Shown here: positions 42,078-52,713 of the stretch, piece by piece
Position numbering within the stretch: position 1 is the stretch's first letter
How the letters are laid out: each line of letters starts with the position of its first letter
Origin: Vulcanisaeta sp. AZ3
GTDB lineage: Archaea > Thermoproteota > Thermoprotei > Thermoproteales > Thermocladiaceae
Direction of reading: 5' to 3'
Length of the DNA stretch: 64,000 nt
Assembly: GCA_000960865.2 (NCBI GenBank)
Contig: JZWU02000005.1
Span: 1 to 64,000 of the forward strand
Made by a program: the position numbers and the translations under genes
The notes under the pieces: model-generated
Told to the model about the DNA's origin: nothing
Databases searched by the model: none
Seen by the model: the letters and a program-made list of their open reading frames with translations, nothing else

Positions 42078-43181
42078 TTATTGTTGAGCACCCTTGACCG
42101 CCAATACCATGTTCCTCAACTTACGGCGAGCAGATTCCGGGGTTTGCACGGGATTTGTAGCACTTGATGCAAACCCACAGCCGGGTGCCACGATTAACTT
42201 ATCTGGGTCACCCTTAACAACCTCAAGCGCAGCCTCATACCTCCTCCTTATGACCTCCACAGGCTCAACATTCCTCGTCTTGACGCTGACTAAGCCCAAG
42301 GCCAATTTCTTGTCCTTAGGCACGTCGTAGTCTCTAAAATACTTAAGCTCCTCAAAGTCTCTAATGCCATCGAAGACCTCGAAGGGACCTAAAACACCTA
42401 CTTTTAAGTTATATAGTTCGGGCAAAGCGTCGTCATAATGTCCTAAATTATTGAATTGCGTATTATTGAAATTACCCCAGCATGAATGAATTTCCAGTTT
42501 ATCAGTGGGTAGTTTTGATAATAATTCATTATTGAGCTCCACAGCCCTACGAACACGATCCTTTGCCTTAGATTTATCAGTATTATATGGTCCATAAACG
42601 TCGAACTGAAGTATGTCTGGTGCATCAAATTGTATAACATCAGCACCTGCATCAAAGGCTGCCCTCACTTCATTGAGTATTATTTTCATTATATCATCGA
42701 GGTAATGATCAATTGTCGGATAATATTGCTTAACCCTCTGTTTATATCTCTCGATGGCCTCCCTGGGTCTTGCAGGCATCCACTCAGGGTCTGGGTAAAC
42801 TCTAGCCATAAAGCTTGGTGCCAATATTGTGACTTTAATACGCCTTTTAACGCCTAATTTCTCAAGGGCCTTCTTTATACCCTCAACCTCTTTTGCCAAA
42901 ATGGATCTCTTCGGATCGTACTCTATAGTCCTCATTATTATGGGTATGAACCTCTTATCGCCTGCTGAGTTCTCCCAATAAAGCTCAGATATCTCGAAGC
43001 CTGGTAATTCCGTTAGGTCGCTTATGAAAGACTGCCTACGAAATTCCCCATCATTCACTTCATCAATCCCTATCTCAACCTGCATTCTAACGACATCTTC
43101 AATAGCTCTGTCCAGGTTTTGAGGCATTAAGCCTGGTGGTCTGGGTAAGCTACCAACATGCGTTGTTCTAATTACCTCCAC
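42078..43181 (-). CDS. Cobalamin-independent methionine synthase II family protein
   Basis: TTHVGSLPRP, DGEFRR, HxCxGN and PGCGF Zn ligands. Confidence 0.82.
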   Translation of the reverse strand: MEVIRTTHVGSLPRPPGLMPQNLDRAIEDVVRMQVEIGIDEVNDGEFRRQSFISDLTELPGFEISELYWENSAGDKRFIPIIMRTIEYDPKRSILAKEVEGIKKALEKLGVKRRIKVTILAPSFMARVYPDPEWMPARPREAIERYKQRVKQYYPTIDHYLDDIMKIILNEVRAAFDAGADVIQFDAPDILQFDVYGPYNTDKSKAKDRVRRAVELNNELLSKLPTDKLEIHSCWGNFNNTQFNNLGHYDDALPELYNLKVGVLGPFEVFDGIRDFEELKYFRDYDVPKDKKLALGLVSVKTRNVEPVEVIRRRYEAALEVVKGDPDKLIVAPGCGFASSATNPVQTPESARRKLRNMVLAVKGAQQ

Positions 43182-43258
43182 AGGAAAATCTCTATACTTA
43201 ATTTTTATGCTTTAAGTATTAGTTATGTGGTTTTATTTGATTTTGGAGAGCTCTGCAT

Positions 43259-44472
43259 TTAGTTCTTATGCCTAGCCCTAAATGCTGTTAATGAGTGCAT
43301 TGTGTGCATTTTAATGAAGCCTCTAGCTTCCTCCTCGCTTGGGTACCAACCACCTATGTAATCTACTAACTCCTTACTGTAGCTTGCATATGGGCTTTCC
43401 CTACCTACTATTGTTAATCCACCAAGCACCCTAATCCTCACTTTACCGCTAATCCACTTATTCATTGACCTAATAAGCTGCTCTAACTCTTCACGCAATG
43501 GCTCATGCCAAAGCCCTTGATAAACAAGATCTGTCCAGGTCTGATCCACAATCTTCTTAAACCTATACTCCAATGGTGTATAGATTAACTTTTCAAGATC
43601 CTTGTGAACCTCTATTAGCGTTAAGGCAGCAGGCGCTTCATAGACCTCCCTGGACTTAAAGCCCACAACTCTATTCTCCACATGGTCAATCCTACCAAAA
43701 CCGTGCATACCAACGATTCTATTTAACGTGGTTATTATGCTCACAAGATCCATCCTCTCGCCGTTAACAGCTATGGGTAAGCCCTCCTTGAACTCAATCT
43801 CTAGATTTAGTGGTTCATGTACCTTCTCTAGGGGGATCGTCCATTTGAATGCATCTTCAGGTACTTCCACAGATGGATCGTCTATCTCATGGCCCTCAAT
43901 GCTCCTCGACCATAGATTATCATCTATACTGAACCTGCTGTGTATGTTGGGTATTGGTATGTTGTTCCTTCTGGCATACTCAATCTCACTGGCCCTATCC
44001 ATATTCCAGATCTTGGCTGGTTCTATGATCATGAGATCAGGTGCTAATGCCATGAGGGCTTCATTAAATCTAACCTGGTCATTACCCTTAGACGTGGAGC
44101 CGTGGGCCACTGCATCGCAACCCTCCCTTTTAGCAACTTCAACAATTCTCTCAGCGATTAATGGTCTAGCTAATGCTGTACCTAATGGATACTTATCCTC
44201 GTAGAGAGCATTTGCCATTATCGCCGTGGCTACTGGGCCGTTGGCAAAGTCTTGCCTCGCATCTATAGTAATGTGCTTCGTAGCACCAGCTTTGTAAGCT
44301 CTTCTCTCAATGTCCTCAAAATCATCATCCTGACCAACATTGACCGTGACTGTTATAACCTCTGCATTAAACTTACTCCTTAACCAATGAATTGCAACTG
44401 TGGTGTCTAAACCTCCTGAGAATGCTAAGACAATTTTACCTGGCTTTTTGTGCTCCGGTTTAAATTATTCAC
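43259..44472 (-). CDS. argG: Argininosuccinate synthase; GTG 44472 is out of frame and the enzyme frame is reached by -1
   Basis: KIVLAFSGGLDT PP-loop lies upstream of the first in-frame start (44218); HGSTSKGNDQVRF and KSREVYEAP motifs. Confidence 0.92.
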
Positions 44473-44521
44473 GGAATTTAGAAAATTTAATGCATTAATA
44501 AGTTTTTCTTGGGCTATGTGT

Positions 44522-45634
44522 TTAACCAACCGTAGCAATGACATGCCTTGTTAGGTTCTTAATTTCATTGGCTATGTCCTCAGGTCTTAACTTACTTATG
44601 TAGCTTATGTACCTATCGTAGTAATCATTTGATAATCCATAGGTTGGTATTACTGAGAATAAAGATGCAATACCCTCAGGTGACTCCTTAGATATCTTTA
44701 ACCTACCCACTCTATTCCTAACTGCCATGTTTAAATCCTCAATCGTTACTGTGGCATTATTAATTACATTTAGCATTATATCTATTGCCTCCTTAAGTAC
44801 CTCCCTACGTACGCCGGCCATGGCTAAGAATACCCCTGAACTCCCTAGCGGCCAGTACATGGAGTATGCATAGTAGGCCAGCCCTCGCTTCACCCTAACT
44901 TCCTTGTAAAGTCTCGATATTAGGCCCATACCACCAAGTATCGTGTTTACAACCATCATTCTGAAAGAACCCTCTAGGTTTGTTATTTCATAGGTTGGGT
45001 ATGCAATGGCTATGGTCGCTTGAACCTTATTCTCAAGTTTAATATCAATGCTGCCGTTACCAAATTCCCTAATAGGTAATTCTGTGTAATCCACGCTTGG
45101 TAGATTTATGGTCACCACGTCCTCCGGTGCAACTACCGTAACTGAAATAACACCTAAATTATCAAGAGCTCTTTTAATGTCCTCCTTGGTTATCTCATTT
45201 AGTTTATAATCAAAGGCTGTGGGGTGTATCGAGTATGGATGATTCCTAAATAATAGCCTCAACACTTCGGCTATGGCTCTAGTTGCTGTGTCCTCCCGAG
45301 AGGTAGCAATTAATGCTTTAGCTTCTCTAATAGCATCCTCAAATTTTTCCACGGGTGGATTTAGAAGCATGCCCGTGAGTAACTCGGTGACCTTATCTAT
45401 TGTTACATACCTTGCCTTAACCCTCACTGAAAGGAAATCAAATCCCTTCTCCAGAGAGAAGGATACACCAAGTCTTTCCAATTCCTTGGCCTGTTCACTC
45501 ATCCTCCATAGAGGTATTAATACATTAGCAGTGCCCGGTTTGTGTTCTTGTAATGAACCTAGGTTTAACTTAATCTCTATTGCCATAACGTCCTTTACGC
45601 TTGACTTGATGAATAATCTCCTCATAACTATCAC
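44522..45634 (-). CDS. M16 peptidase, non-catalytic partner subunit
   Basis: LGGMGLISRLYKEVRVKRGLAY motif; no HxxEH. Confidence 0.85.
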   Translation of the reverse strand: MIVMRRLFIKSSVKDVMAIEIKLNLGSLQEHKPGTANVLIPLWRMSEQAKELERLGVSFSLEKGFDFLSVRVKARYVTIDKVTELLTGMLLNPPVEKFEDAIREAKALIATSREDTATRAIAEVLRLLFRNHPYSIHPTAFDYKLNEITKEDIKRALDNLGVISVTVVAPEDVVTINLPSVDYTELPIREFGNGSIDIKLENKVQATIAIAYPTYEITNLEGSFRMMVVNTILGGMGLISRLYKEVRVKRGLAYYAYSMYWPLGSSGVFLAMAGVRREVLKEAIDIMLNVINNATVTIEDLNMAVRNRVGRLKISKESPEGIASLFSVIPTYGLSNDYYDRYISYISKLRPEDIANEIKNLTRHVIATVG

Positions 45635-46872
45635 CCATACACAACACTTATTGATGTATTCAACGCCTCATTCACAAAACCCACGTAGTCCTCAGCGCCT
45701 AATCTTATGGATTCCTCTATTGCCTTAATTAACGTGTTTGAATCACCAGTCAACACCTGAGACAGCCCGTATAGTTGGGCTAATTTACTTGGCGAGTCCA
45801 TCGAGAAGGAAAGCCTTGCCAATATCCTCTCCTTAGCAAAACTAAGCTCATCCTCGCTAGGCCTTTCCATTATTAACTCCTCAAGTCTCCTAATAACCCT
45901 ATCTGGATCCTTAATATCATAAATAATTATTGAATATAAGTTATTCATAAAGGTTGGTTCATAATAACTATACACCGCACTACCGAGCCCCTCCTCAACA
46001 AGCCTGTAGAGCCTAGCTGACCTAGGAATCGCCATAGGTTCCCTTGCTGTTAAGCCATAGGTGAAAGCCCTATCGCCAGATAGCACGAAGTCCATCAGCA
46101 CAATTCTCTTAAACCCGTTAATATCATAAAGACCAGGCACCTTGAAGGTATAGAGCAGTCTAGATATCTCGTTTTGTGATGCTTTAATCTCCACCCTAGC
46201 TTTACCCTTTAAGCCCTCATCCCAGGGCTTGATAGCGCCACCCTCACCACTAGACATAACGCCACCAAAATACTTCCTAGCAAGTTCCATAACCTTATCC
46301 TCAGATAAACCTCCTACAGCCACTAGTATAGCATTGCTTGGGTTGTAGTAACGCCTATAATACTTAAACAACTCATCCCTAGAGACCTTGTTTAAATCAT
46401 CCCTAAGCCCAATGACCATGTACCTATATGGGTGGGTATCCCAAGCAATCATCGATGCTCTATACATCAACCTAAACTCAGGATCATTCTCGCCCATATC
46501 AAACTCACTAAGTACAATCCTCCTCTCTAACTCAAATTCACTAGGATCAAATACGGCACCCACCATCCTCTTACTCTCAATCTCAAAACCCAACTCTGCA
46601 AACTCAAGGGGCAGAACCTCGACATATGCCGTGTAATCATAATTAGTGAAACCATTGAAATAACCACCAACACCCTCAACTAACTCATCTACACTACTTC
46701 TTAAACCCTCAATACGCCGAAACAACATATGCTCCACTAAGTGAGAACCACCGAAAATACCAGGATACTCATTCTTAGCACCCACATTATAAAACATGTA
46801 CACGGCCTCAACCTCCACAGGCATAGAATGAACAATAACCATAAGACCGTTATCCAACGAAGTTCTAATCAT
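45631..46872 (-). CDS. M16 zinc peptidase, catalytic subunit
   Basis: HLVEHMLF (HxxEH), NGFT and YYNPSNA motifs. Confidence 0.9.
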   Translation of the reverse strand: MIRTSLDNGLMVIVHSMPVEVEAVYMFYNVGAKNEYPGIFGGSHLVEHMLFRRIEGLRSSVDELVEGVGGYFNGFTNYDYTAYVEVLPLEFAELGFEIESKRMVGAVFDPSEFELERRIVLSEFDMGENDPEFRLMYRASMIAWDTHPYRYMVIGLRDDLNKVSRDELFKYYRRYYNPSNAILVAVGGLSEDKVMELARKYFGGVMSSGEGGAIKPWDEGLKGKARVEIKASQNEISRLLYTFKVPGLYDINGFKRIVLMDFVLSGDRAFTYGLTAREPMAIPRSARLYRLVEEGLGSAVYSYYEPTFMNNLYSIIIYDIKDPDRVIRRLEELIMERPSEDELSFAKERILARLSFSMDSPSKLAQLYGLSQVLTGDSNTLIKAIEESIRLGAEDYVGFVNEALNTSISVVYG

Positions 46873-46974
46873 CAGAAGATAATACAGGCACAGTAATTAA
46901 GCATTATGTATCGATATTAATAAAAAGTCTACCCTCTGTGAAAAGACTTTATTAGTTTATAAATAGAGCTATGC

Positions 46975-47036
46975 GTAATGATGAATTTAGAGCCCACAGA
47001 TTTTTAAAATGAAGAGGGCTGAGATGCTGATTTTAC
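46975..47036 (+). ncRNA. C/D box sRNA
   Basis: GTAA/TTAC terminal stem; C ATGATGA at 46978, guide ATTTAGAGCCCA, D' CAGA, C' ATGAAGA, guide GGGCTGAGATG, D CTGA 47027-47030. Confidence 0.8.
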
Positions 47037-47082
47037 ATTAAATATTGCCAACAGTAATTATTTTTATGAAGATTTAGCTCAA

Positions 47083-47391
47083 TTATATTAGTTCTATCTC
47101 TATTTTTACATTCTCTGGTATCCTAATTCTCATTAACTGCCTTAATGCTCTCTCATCAGCATCCATATCTATTAGACGCTTGTACACCCTCATCTCCCAA
47201 TGGTCATATGTGTGATAACCCTGACCACTAGGAGCTCTCCTAACTGTTACCAATAATCTCCTTCGGGGCAAGCGTATTGGCCCTGAGACCTTAATACCGA
47301 GTTTCCTTGCAATATCTACTATTTCGCCGGCTAGATTGTCTACTTGTTTGTTGTCCGTGCCCCAAATGCGTATTCGCGCCTTTCTTGGCAT
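47083..47391 (-). CDS. rps10: 30S ribosomal protein uS10
   Basis: SGPIRLP and WEMRVYKRLID motifs; downstream of tuf. Confidence 0.95.
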   Translation of the reverse strand: MPRKARIRIWGTDNKQVDNLAGEIVDIARKLGIKVSGPIRLPRRRLLVTVRRAPSGQGYHTYDHWEMRVYKRLIDMDADERALRQLMRIRIPENVKIEIELI

Positions 47392-47397
47392 TAATCA

Positions 47398-48732
47398 TCA
47401 CGCCTTAATCTCAATCTTCTTGGGGCGTACCTCTATGATTTGCCCTGCTGCTATCGTTCTTCCCATATCCCTAAGGGCAAACCTACCAAGTCCTGGGAAA
47501 TCACTGTACTTCTCAACAACCACATCCTTTAAAGGCTTTAACCTTACTACGGCCACATCGCCCTGCTTTACAAACTGGGGCTTCTGCTCCACTGTCTGGC
47601 CTGTCCTTGGGTCTAGCCTTGCAATTAGTTCAGTTATCTGTGCTGGTACCGTGGCTGTGTGTATATGGAGCACTGGTGTATAGCCTGGACCTATGGCTGT
47701 TGGGTGCCAGAGTACGGCTAGTCTGGCCACGATTTCCTCTGCGACAGTTGGTGGATTAGCCAGATGGCCCATTACATCGCCCCTCTTTACATCCTCCTTC
47801 TCAATACCTCTGACGTTAATACCGATGTTATCGCCTGGTTTAGCATCCTCAAGCTTCATGTGATGCGTCTCAATACTCCTAACATCACCCACCTTGGCGG
47901 GTGGCATTACGACAACTCTATCACCAACCTTAAGGACGCCGGTCTCTACCCTACCAACAATTACAGTACCAGCACCTGTTATTGAGTATGCATCCTGTAT
48001 TGGTAGCCTGAAGGGTTTGTCCACCGGTCTTGGTGGTGGTTGTAATGCATCGAAAGCCTCAAGTAATGTTGGCCCTTGGTACCATGGCATATTGCTGCTC
48101 TTCTCCTTAATGTTATCACCCTTTAGAGCACTGACTGGTATGAATGGTACCTTAGATGGATCATAACCAAGCAGCTTCATGAACTTACTAACCTCGGCTT
48201 TTATTTGCTCATACCTCTTCTGATCATAATTAACAACATCCATCTTATTAATAACCACTATAACTTGCCTAACACCCAATGTTGCAGCAAGGAAGAGATG
48301 TTCTCTGGCCTGTCCCTGGGGACCGATGCCTGCCTCAAATTCACCTGGTCTTGCTGAAACCACTAGGAGAGCTGCATCTGCCTGGCTTGCACCAACTATC
48401 ATGTTCTTGACGAAGTCCCTATGACCTGGTAAATCAATTATTGTAATGAAGTACTTAGATGTTTCAAAGCCTATGTGCATTGCCTCAATGGTGACACCCC
48501 TCTCCCTCTCCTCCTTAAGCCTATCTGTTACCCAAGCATACAAGAAGTCCTCTTTACCCATTTTCTTGGCTTGATCCTCAAGCTCCTTGAACCCCTTCTC
48601 ATCAACGTAACCTGTGGCTACTAGTAGATGGCCTGTGAGGGTTGATTTACCGTGATCTACATGCCCTATAACCGCTAGGTTTAGGTGTGGCTTCTGTAGG
48701 GCTGATTCCTTAGGCTTCAATATTAGGCTCAT
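47398..48732 (-). CDS. tuf: Elongation factor 1-alpha
   Basis: GHVDHGKST, ERERGVTI, DLPGHRDFVKNM, NKMD and GRFALRDMG motifs. Confidence 0.97.
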   Translation of the reverse strand: MSLILKPKESALQKPHLNLAVIGHVDHGKSTLTGHLLVATGYVDEKGFKELEDQAKKMGKEDFLYAWVTDRLKEERERGVTIEAMHIGFETSKYFITIIDLPGHRDFVKNMIVGASQADAALLVVSARPGEFEAGIGPQGQAREHLFLAATLGVRQVIVVINKMDVVNYDQKRYEQIKAEVSKFMKLLGYDPSKVPFIPVSALKGDNIKEKSSNMPWYQGPTLLEAFDALQPPPRPVDKPFRLPIQDAYSITGAGTVIVGRVETGVLKVGDRVVVMPPAKVGDVRSIETHHMKLEDAKPGDNIGINVRGIEKEDVKRGDVMGHLANPPTVAEEIVARLAVLWHPTAIGPGYTPVLHIHTATVPAQITELIARLDPRTGQTVEQKPQFVKQGDVAVVRLKPLKDVVVEKYSDFPGLGRFALRDMGRTIAAGQIIEVRPKKIEIKA

Positions 48733-48805
48733 ACCTATCAAGATCGAGTTATGACTGACTTAATAAATTTTTAGGTTTTAATTACTAAGGTAGGGATTTA
48801 TTAAA

Positions 48806-49255
48806 TCATTGGGATATCCTCTGTCTTAGCCTCTCTACAGTATCCTGAATAATCCTATGAGCCACCGGGTCTAACACCCTAGCCCCCATTGAACCTACTA
48901 ATCCACCTACGTTCCCATTAAACTCCCAACTAACCTTAGTAACTCCCTGACCAATCTCTTCAAGCTTAAAGCTCATCTCGAAGTCCATGGTGCTCTGCAT
49001 ACCATTCCCTCTACCAACAACCTTAGCACTCTCAGGGGGTTTCTTCTCTGTGAACCTTGCTGTTATATTTACTGTTCCTTTAATGGCGCCAACACCTAAT
49101 GAGGCCTTAACCTTGAAATTATCGGGGTCAATTAAATCTACAGATTCCACACCTGGAATTATAGACGCTACATTTCTTGGGTCTATTAGGAAGTTATATA
49201 CGAAGTCTCTAGGCTTATTAACATCAAAGAAACCATCATAATGGACCTTAACCAT
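48806..49255 (-). CDS. CoxG/SRPBCC protein
   Basis: DP..VASIIPG and GGLVGSMGARVL patterns; molybdoenzyme neighbourhood. Confidence 0.8.
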   Translation of the reverse strand: MVKVHYDGFFDVNKPRDFVYNFLIDPRNVASIIPGVESVDLIDPDNFKVKASLGVGAIKGTVNITARFTEKKPPESAKVVGRGNGMQSTMDFEMSFKLEEIGQGVTKVSWEFNGNVGGLVGSMGARVLDPVAHRIIQDTVERLRQRISQ

Positions 49256-49677
49256 ACAAGAAATAGGTGCAGCATATGCATTTAAATGCTTCACCACTAT
49301 GTGGAGAAAAATGTCTAAAGATTGAATGTTATTAAGATAATTATTACGAGGAATACGGTATTGACAGTAAACAATACATACAATAGAGACATTAAAGTTA
49401 ATCTGTAGGTAGATACCATAAATACCAATGGCAAGGCCTAGGAGCTAAGACACTCATGACTAGGGATAACCAATCCTCTGTGGAATTATTACATTAATCA
49501 CGTCACAATGGTATATTCTTAACATACGCATATTAGCATAACTTATTAATTTCTATACACGCAATATGACATGAGCATCAATTCAATAAGAGACACCATT
49601 GGAGGTAATGAGCCCACTAATCCCTGGAGCATTGTAGCTAAATAAGATCCCTTCCTTTAATGAATATTATTCTGCAG

Positions 49678-50214
49678 TTAGCTCCTGATTATGTATAGTA
49701 TGTGCGATAATTCCTGAAGCACTATCTCAAGGCCTACTCTTACACCATCAGGTGAACCAGGCAACGCAACTATTAGCTTCCCCCTGGTTATACCTGCCGT
49801 GGCCCTGGTCATTATAACACCTGTCCCAACCCTTGGATAGCTAAGGTATCTAAATAATTCACCAAACCCCTCCATTTCTTTTTCAAATAATGGTTTTATT
49901 GCCTCTATCGTTACATCGCTCTTAGCAAGCCCCGTACCCCCAGTCAATATTATGATGTCCACATCATCCCTGAGGAGGAGAGAATCGACTAGAGATCTAA
50001 TCATTACTAAGTCATCCTTAATTAACTCCCTACCAACAACCTTATGGCCCTTCTCTTTAATCATAGCCTCAGCAGTATCTCCAGACTCATCAGTATATGA
50101 TTGGCCATTTATCTTAGCGTTGTACCTAGACGTGGACACTGTTATTATGAAGAAACTGGCTGTCCTGGGACCTAGCTCCTTATGCATTTGCCTAGGCGGT
50201 GCACTCATCACCAT
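49678..50214 (-). CDS. moaB: Molybdopterin adenylyltransferase MoaB/MogA
   Basis: DESG, TGGTG, DVT, GFGELFR and LPGSP motifs. Confidence 0.9.
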   Translation of the reverse strand: MVMSAPPRQMHKELGPRTASFFIITVSTSRYNAKINGQSYTDESGDTAEAMIKEKGHKVVGRELIKDDLVMIRSLVDSLLLRDDVDIIILTGGTGLAKSDVTIEAIKPLFEKEMEGFGELFRYLSYPRVGTGVIMTRATAGITRGKLIVALPGSPDGVRVGLEIVLQELSHILYIIRS

Positions 50215-50325
50215 ATGGTATTTGTTACATTATTAAGAATTACTTGATTATGCTCGACAAAATGCACTATAATTAATGAATTAAGGAAGAAGATTTATTT
50301 TTAAGTTATAGAAGTACCTAAAGTT

Positions 50326-51126
50326 ATGTCTTGCGAATTTTTCCAAGCCATTACCAAGGCAGTGAATAGTGGCAGTAAGCTAGTGATTATTAAGATTGAG
50401 AAAGGTAGTAATGTGGTTACTGACATCATACTTAATGGGAGACCCATGCTAGGACTGGTTAAGGATCCTGAAATACTTAGGTTAGCCGAAGAGGCACTTA
50501 GGAGTAATATGGCTATTGAAGAAACAATGAATGAATTTAAGGTTAGGGTTGAACCATTTGAGGCTAGACCAACAGTGATTATTGTTGGTAGTGGCTTAGT
50601 GGCTAAGGCCTTAGCTAGGCTAGCTAACTACCTCGGTTATTATGTGGCTGTCGTGGGCAATGGCGACGTAAATAACAATGACTTCTCCATGGCTACCCTA
50701 ATTACTAATAACCTGGAGGATTTAGGTAGGTTAGTGACCGAGGGTTCCATAGTACTTATCGCTAATGAGGGTGGTAAGCCATACGATGCTGATGCTTTGC
50801 ATATAGCTATAACAAGGGGTGCTTCCTTCGTAGGTTTACTCGCAAGCCAGAAGAGAGGTGCTGTTATGATTGCTGAGATGATCAGGAGAGGTGTTTCTTT
50901 GGATACTATTAAGGCTAGGTTACATACGCCTATGGGTATTGATATCGGTGGTAAGACTGCTGAGGAGGTCGCTTTGAGCATTATGGCAGAGGTGGTTATG
51001 GAGATTAGGCACGGTAGTGGTAAGAGGATGATGGAAGTTAAAGATCCATACAAATTACTTAATGATGCGCTTGAAGGAAAAATAACAGAGCAGAGTTGTT
51101 CTTGGAAACCAAGTACTGTTATTTAA
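50326..51126 (+). CDS. XdhC/CoxF-family Moco insertion chaperone
   Basis: GSGLVAKAL, FVGLLAS and PMGIDIGGKTAEEVALSI motifs. Confidence 0.88.
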   Translation: MSCEFFQAITKAVNSGSKLVIIKIEKGSNVVTDIILNGRPMLGLVKDPEILRLAEEALRSNMAIEETMNEFKVRVEPFEARPTVIIVGSGLVAKALARLANYLGYYVAVVGNGDVNNNDFSMATLITNNLEDLGRLVTEGSIVLIANEGGKPYDADALHIAITRGASFVGLLASQKRGAVMIAEMIRRGVSLDTIKARLHTPMGIDIGGKTAEEVALSIMAEVVMEIRHGSGKRMMEVKDPYKLLNDALEGKITEQSCSWKPSTVI

Positions 51127-51136
51127 GAACTATTTT

Positions 51137-51661
51137 TTAAGTACTTGGCTTAAACTCTCTTAGTCTCTGAGCAGCCAGCTTAACAGCCTCTATTATATTC
51201 TGATAACCAGTGCATCTACAGAGATTACCTGTCAACCCATGCTTAATCTCATCCTCTGTTGGGTTTGGATTCTCACTTAAGAGGAAGTATGTCTGCATCA
51301 CAAAGCCCGGCGTACAATAACCACATTGCAAGGCATGCTTCTCCCAAAAGGCTTCCTGTATTGGGTGTAACTTCCCATCCTTAACCAAACCCTCCAGAGT
51401 GAGTATCTCAGCCCCATCGGCTTGAACGGCAAGCACCATGCAGGATTTGACAGACTTACCATTCATTATAACAGTACAGGCACCGCAATGTCCTGTATCA
51501 CAACCAATATGCACACTAGTGAATCCCAAGTCCTCCCTGAGGAAGTCAACTAATAACTTCCTGGGCTCCACATAACGTTCGTATAAAGTCCCATTAACCT
51601 TAACCCTAATTTTAACAAGTTCCTCTGGCCCTACGTTTATCGTATCCTCCATGATTATCAC
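51137..51661 (-). CDS. Xanthine/aldehyde oxidoreductase family 2Fe-2S subunit (CoxS/CutS)
   Basis: [18 protein letters not shown] and NLCRCTGY motifs. Confidence 0.93.
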   Translation of the reverse strand: MIIMEDTINVGPEELVKIRVKVNGTLYERYVEPRKLLVDFLREDLGFTSVHIGCDTGHCGACTVIMNGKSVKSCMVLAVQADGAEILTLEGLVKDGKLHPIQEAFWEKHALQCGYCTPGFVMQTYFLLSENPNPTEDEIKHGLTGNLCRCTGYQNIIEAVKLAAQRLREFKPST

Positions 51662-52512
51662 CTTAACAATGTATTCCTAATTGCCCTCTTAGTTATTACC
51701 TTAACCATAGCCTTCTTATACTCAGCTGAACCTCTAATGTCACTTATCGGGTTTGCCATGTTCATCGCCTTCTCTGCGGCATCTTCAATTACATCATCAG
51801 TTAGCCTCTTGCCGATAAGTACCTTTTCAGCATCTACAGCCCTGAACGGCTTAGAACTTGCTGCAGTAATCCCAATTGATGCATCCTCCACAGAACCATC
51901 ATTATTTAACTTTATAACAACACCAACACCAACGATTGCAAAATCCCCAGCCTTACGCTCAAGCTTCACATAGGCAGACTTCGCATTGTTAACCCTAGGA
52001 ATTATAATCTCTCTAATCGCCTCACCTTGACTGAGGTCTGTTGTGAATGGGCCCTTAATAAAGTCCTCTACAGACAACTCTCTCTCGCCATTGGGTCCAA
52101 GCACCTTAACCCTGGCCCTAAGGGCTATGAGGGTTGCTGGCCAATCTGCTGCTGGGTCTGCATGGGCTAGGGAACCTGCCATCGTTCCTAAATTCCTTAC
52201 TTGTGGATCGGCTATTTGCATGGCTGTCTCGGGTAGTATTGGATAGATCTTCCAAAGATCTTTATTAACCTCAACGTCATGATGCCTAGCTAAGGCCCCT
52301 ATCCTAATCGCATTATTATCAACGTCTATGTATGATAGATTAGGTACTCGATTAATGTCTACAAGATAAGAGGGCTTAACGAGCCTTAGCTTAAGCATTG
52401 GCATTAAGCTCTGACCACCGGCGATTATCTTAGCATTCTCATCAGTCTCAAGCACCTTTACAGCATCCTCCAATGAAAAAACTCTAATATAACCGAATTT
52501 GGGTGGACGCAC
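51658..52512 (-). CDS. Xanthine/aldehyde oxidoreductase family FAD subunit (CoxM/CutM)
   Basis: AGGQSL, QVRNLGT and HADPAAD motifs; GTG 52512 fits TATA spacing. Confidence 0.92.
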   Translation of the reverse strand: MRPPKFGYIRVFSLEDAVKVLETDENAKIIAGGQSLMPMLKLRLVKPSYLVDINRVPNLSYIDVDNNAIRIGALARHHDVEVNKDLWKIYPILPETAMQIADPQVRNLGTMAGSLAHADPAADWPATLIALRARVKVLGPNGERELSVEDFIKGPFTTDLSQGEAIREIIIPRVNNAKSAYVKLERKAGDFAIVGVGVVIKLNNDGSVEDASIGITAASSKPFRAVDAEKVLIGKRLTDDVIEDAAEKAMNMANPISDIRGSAEYKKAMVKVITKRAIRNTLLR

Positions 52513-52592
52513 AAAGTTTTGCTGTGAACCGGCAATTTTAAAGTATTTAACCAAGATTACTAATAATTACTCATGCTTACCATCATTTTAAC

Positions 52593-52675
52593 CATGAACG
52601 ACGAGACCAGGGGGTGTCAGGCAAAGTGCCGCCTGCGGCATGAAAGCCGCTTGGTGTCTCGCCCTCATCCGCCCC
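52593..52675 (-). ncRNA. GC-rich structured small RNA of unknown class
   Basis: GC island in an AT-rich intergenic region; TATA-like TTTTTAAG about 30 nt upstream; several hairpins; GGATGA and CTGA elements. Confidence 0.55.
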
Positions 52676-52713
52676 TTAATAATAAACAAAGGACCCCCTT
52701 AAAAAACAAATCT

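Noticed and set aside
12534-44472. Explaining all the 5' frame breaks as sequencing errors or pseudogenes
   Set aside because: Random indels would not cluster in the first few codons, recur with the same motifs (G-GAA-X, ATTG-X) or match each pathway's product, and the downstream ORFs are intact. This remains possible for single cases such as pheA.
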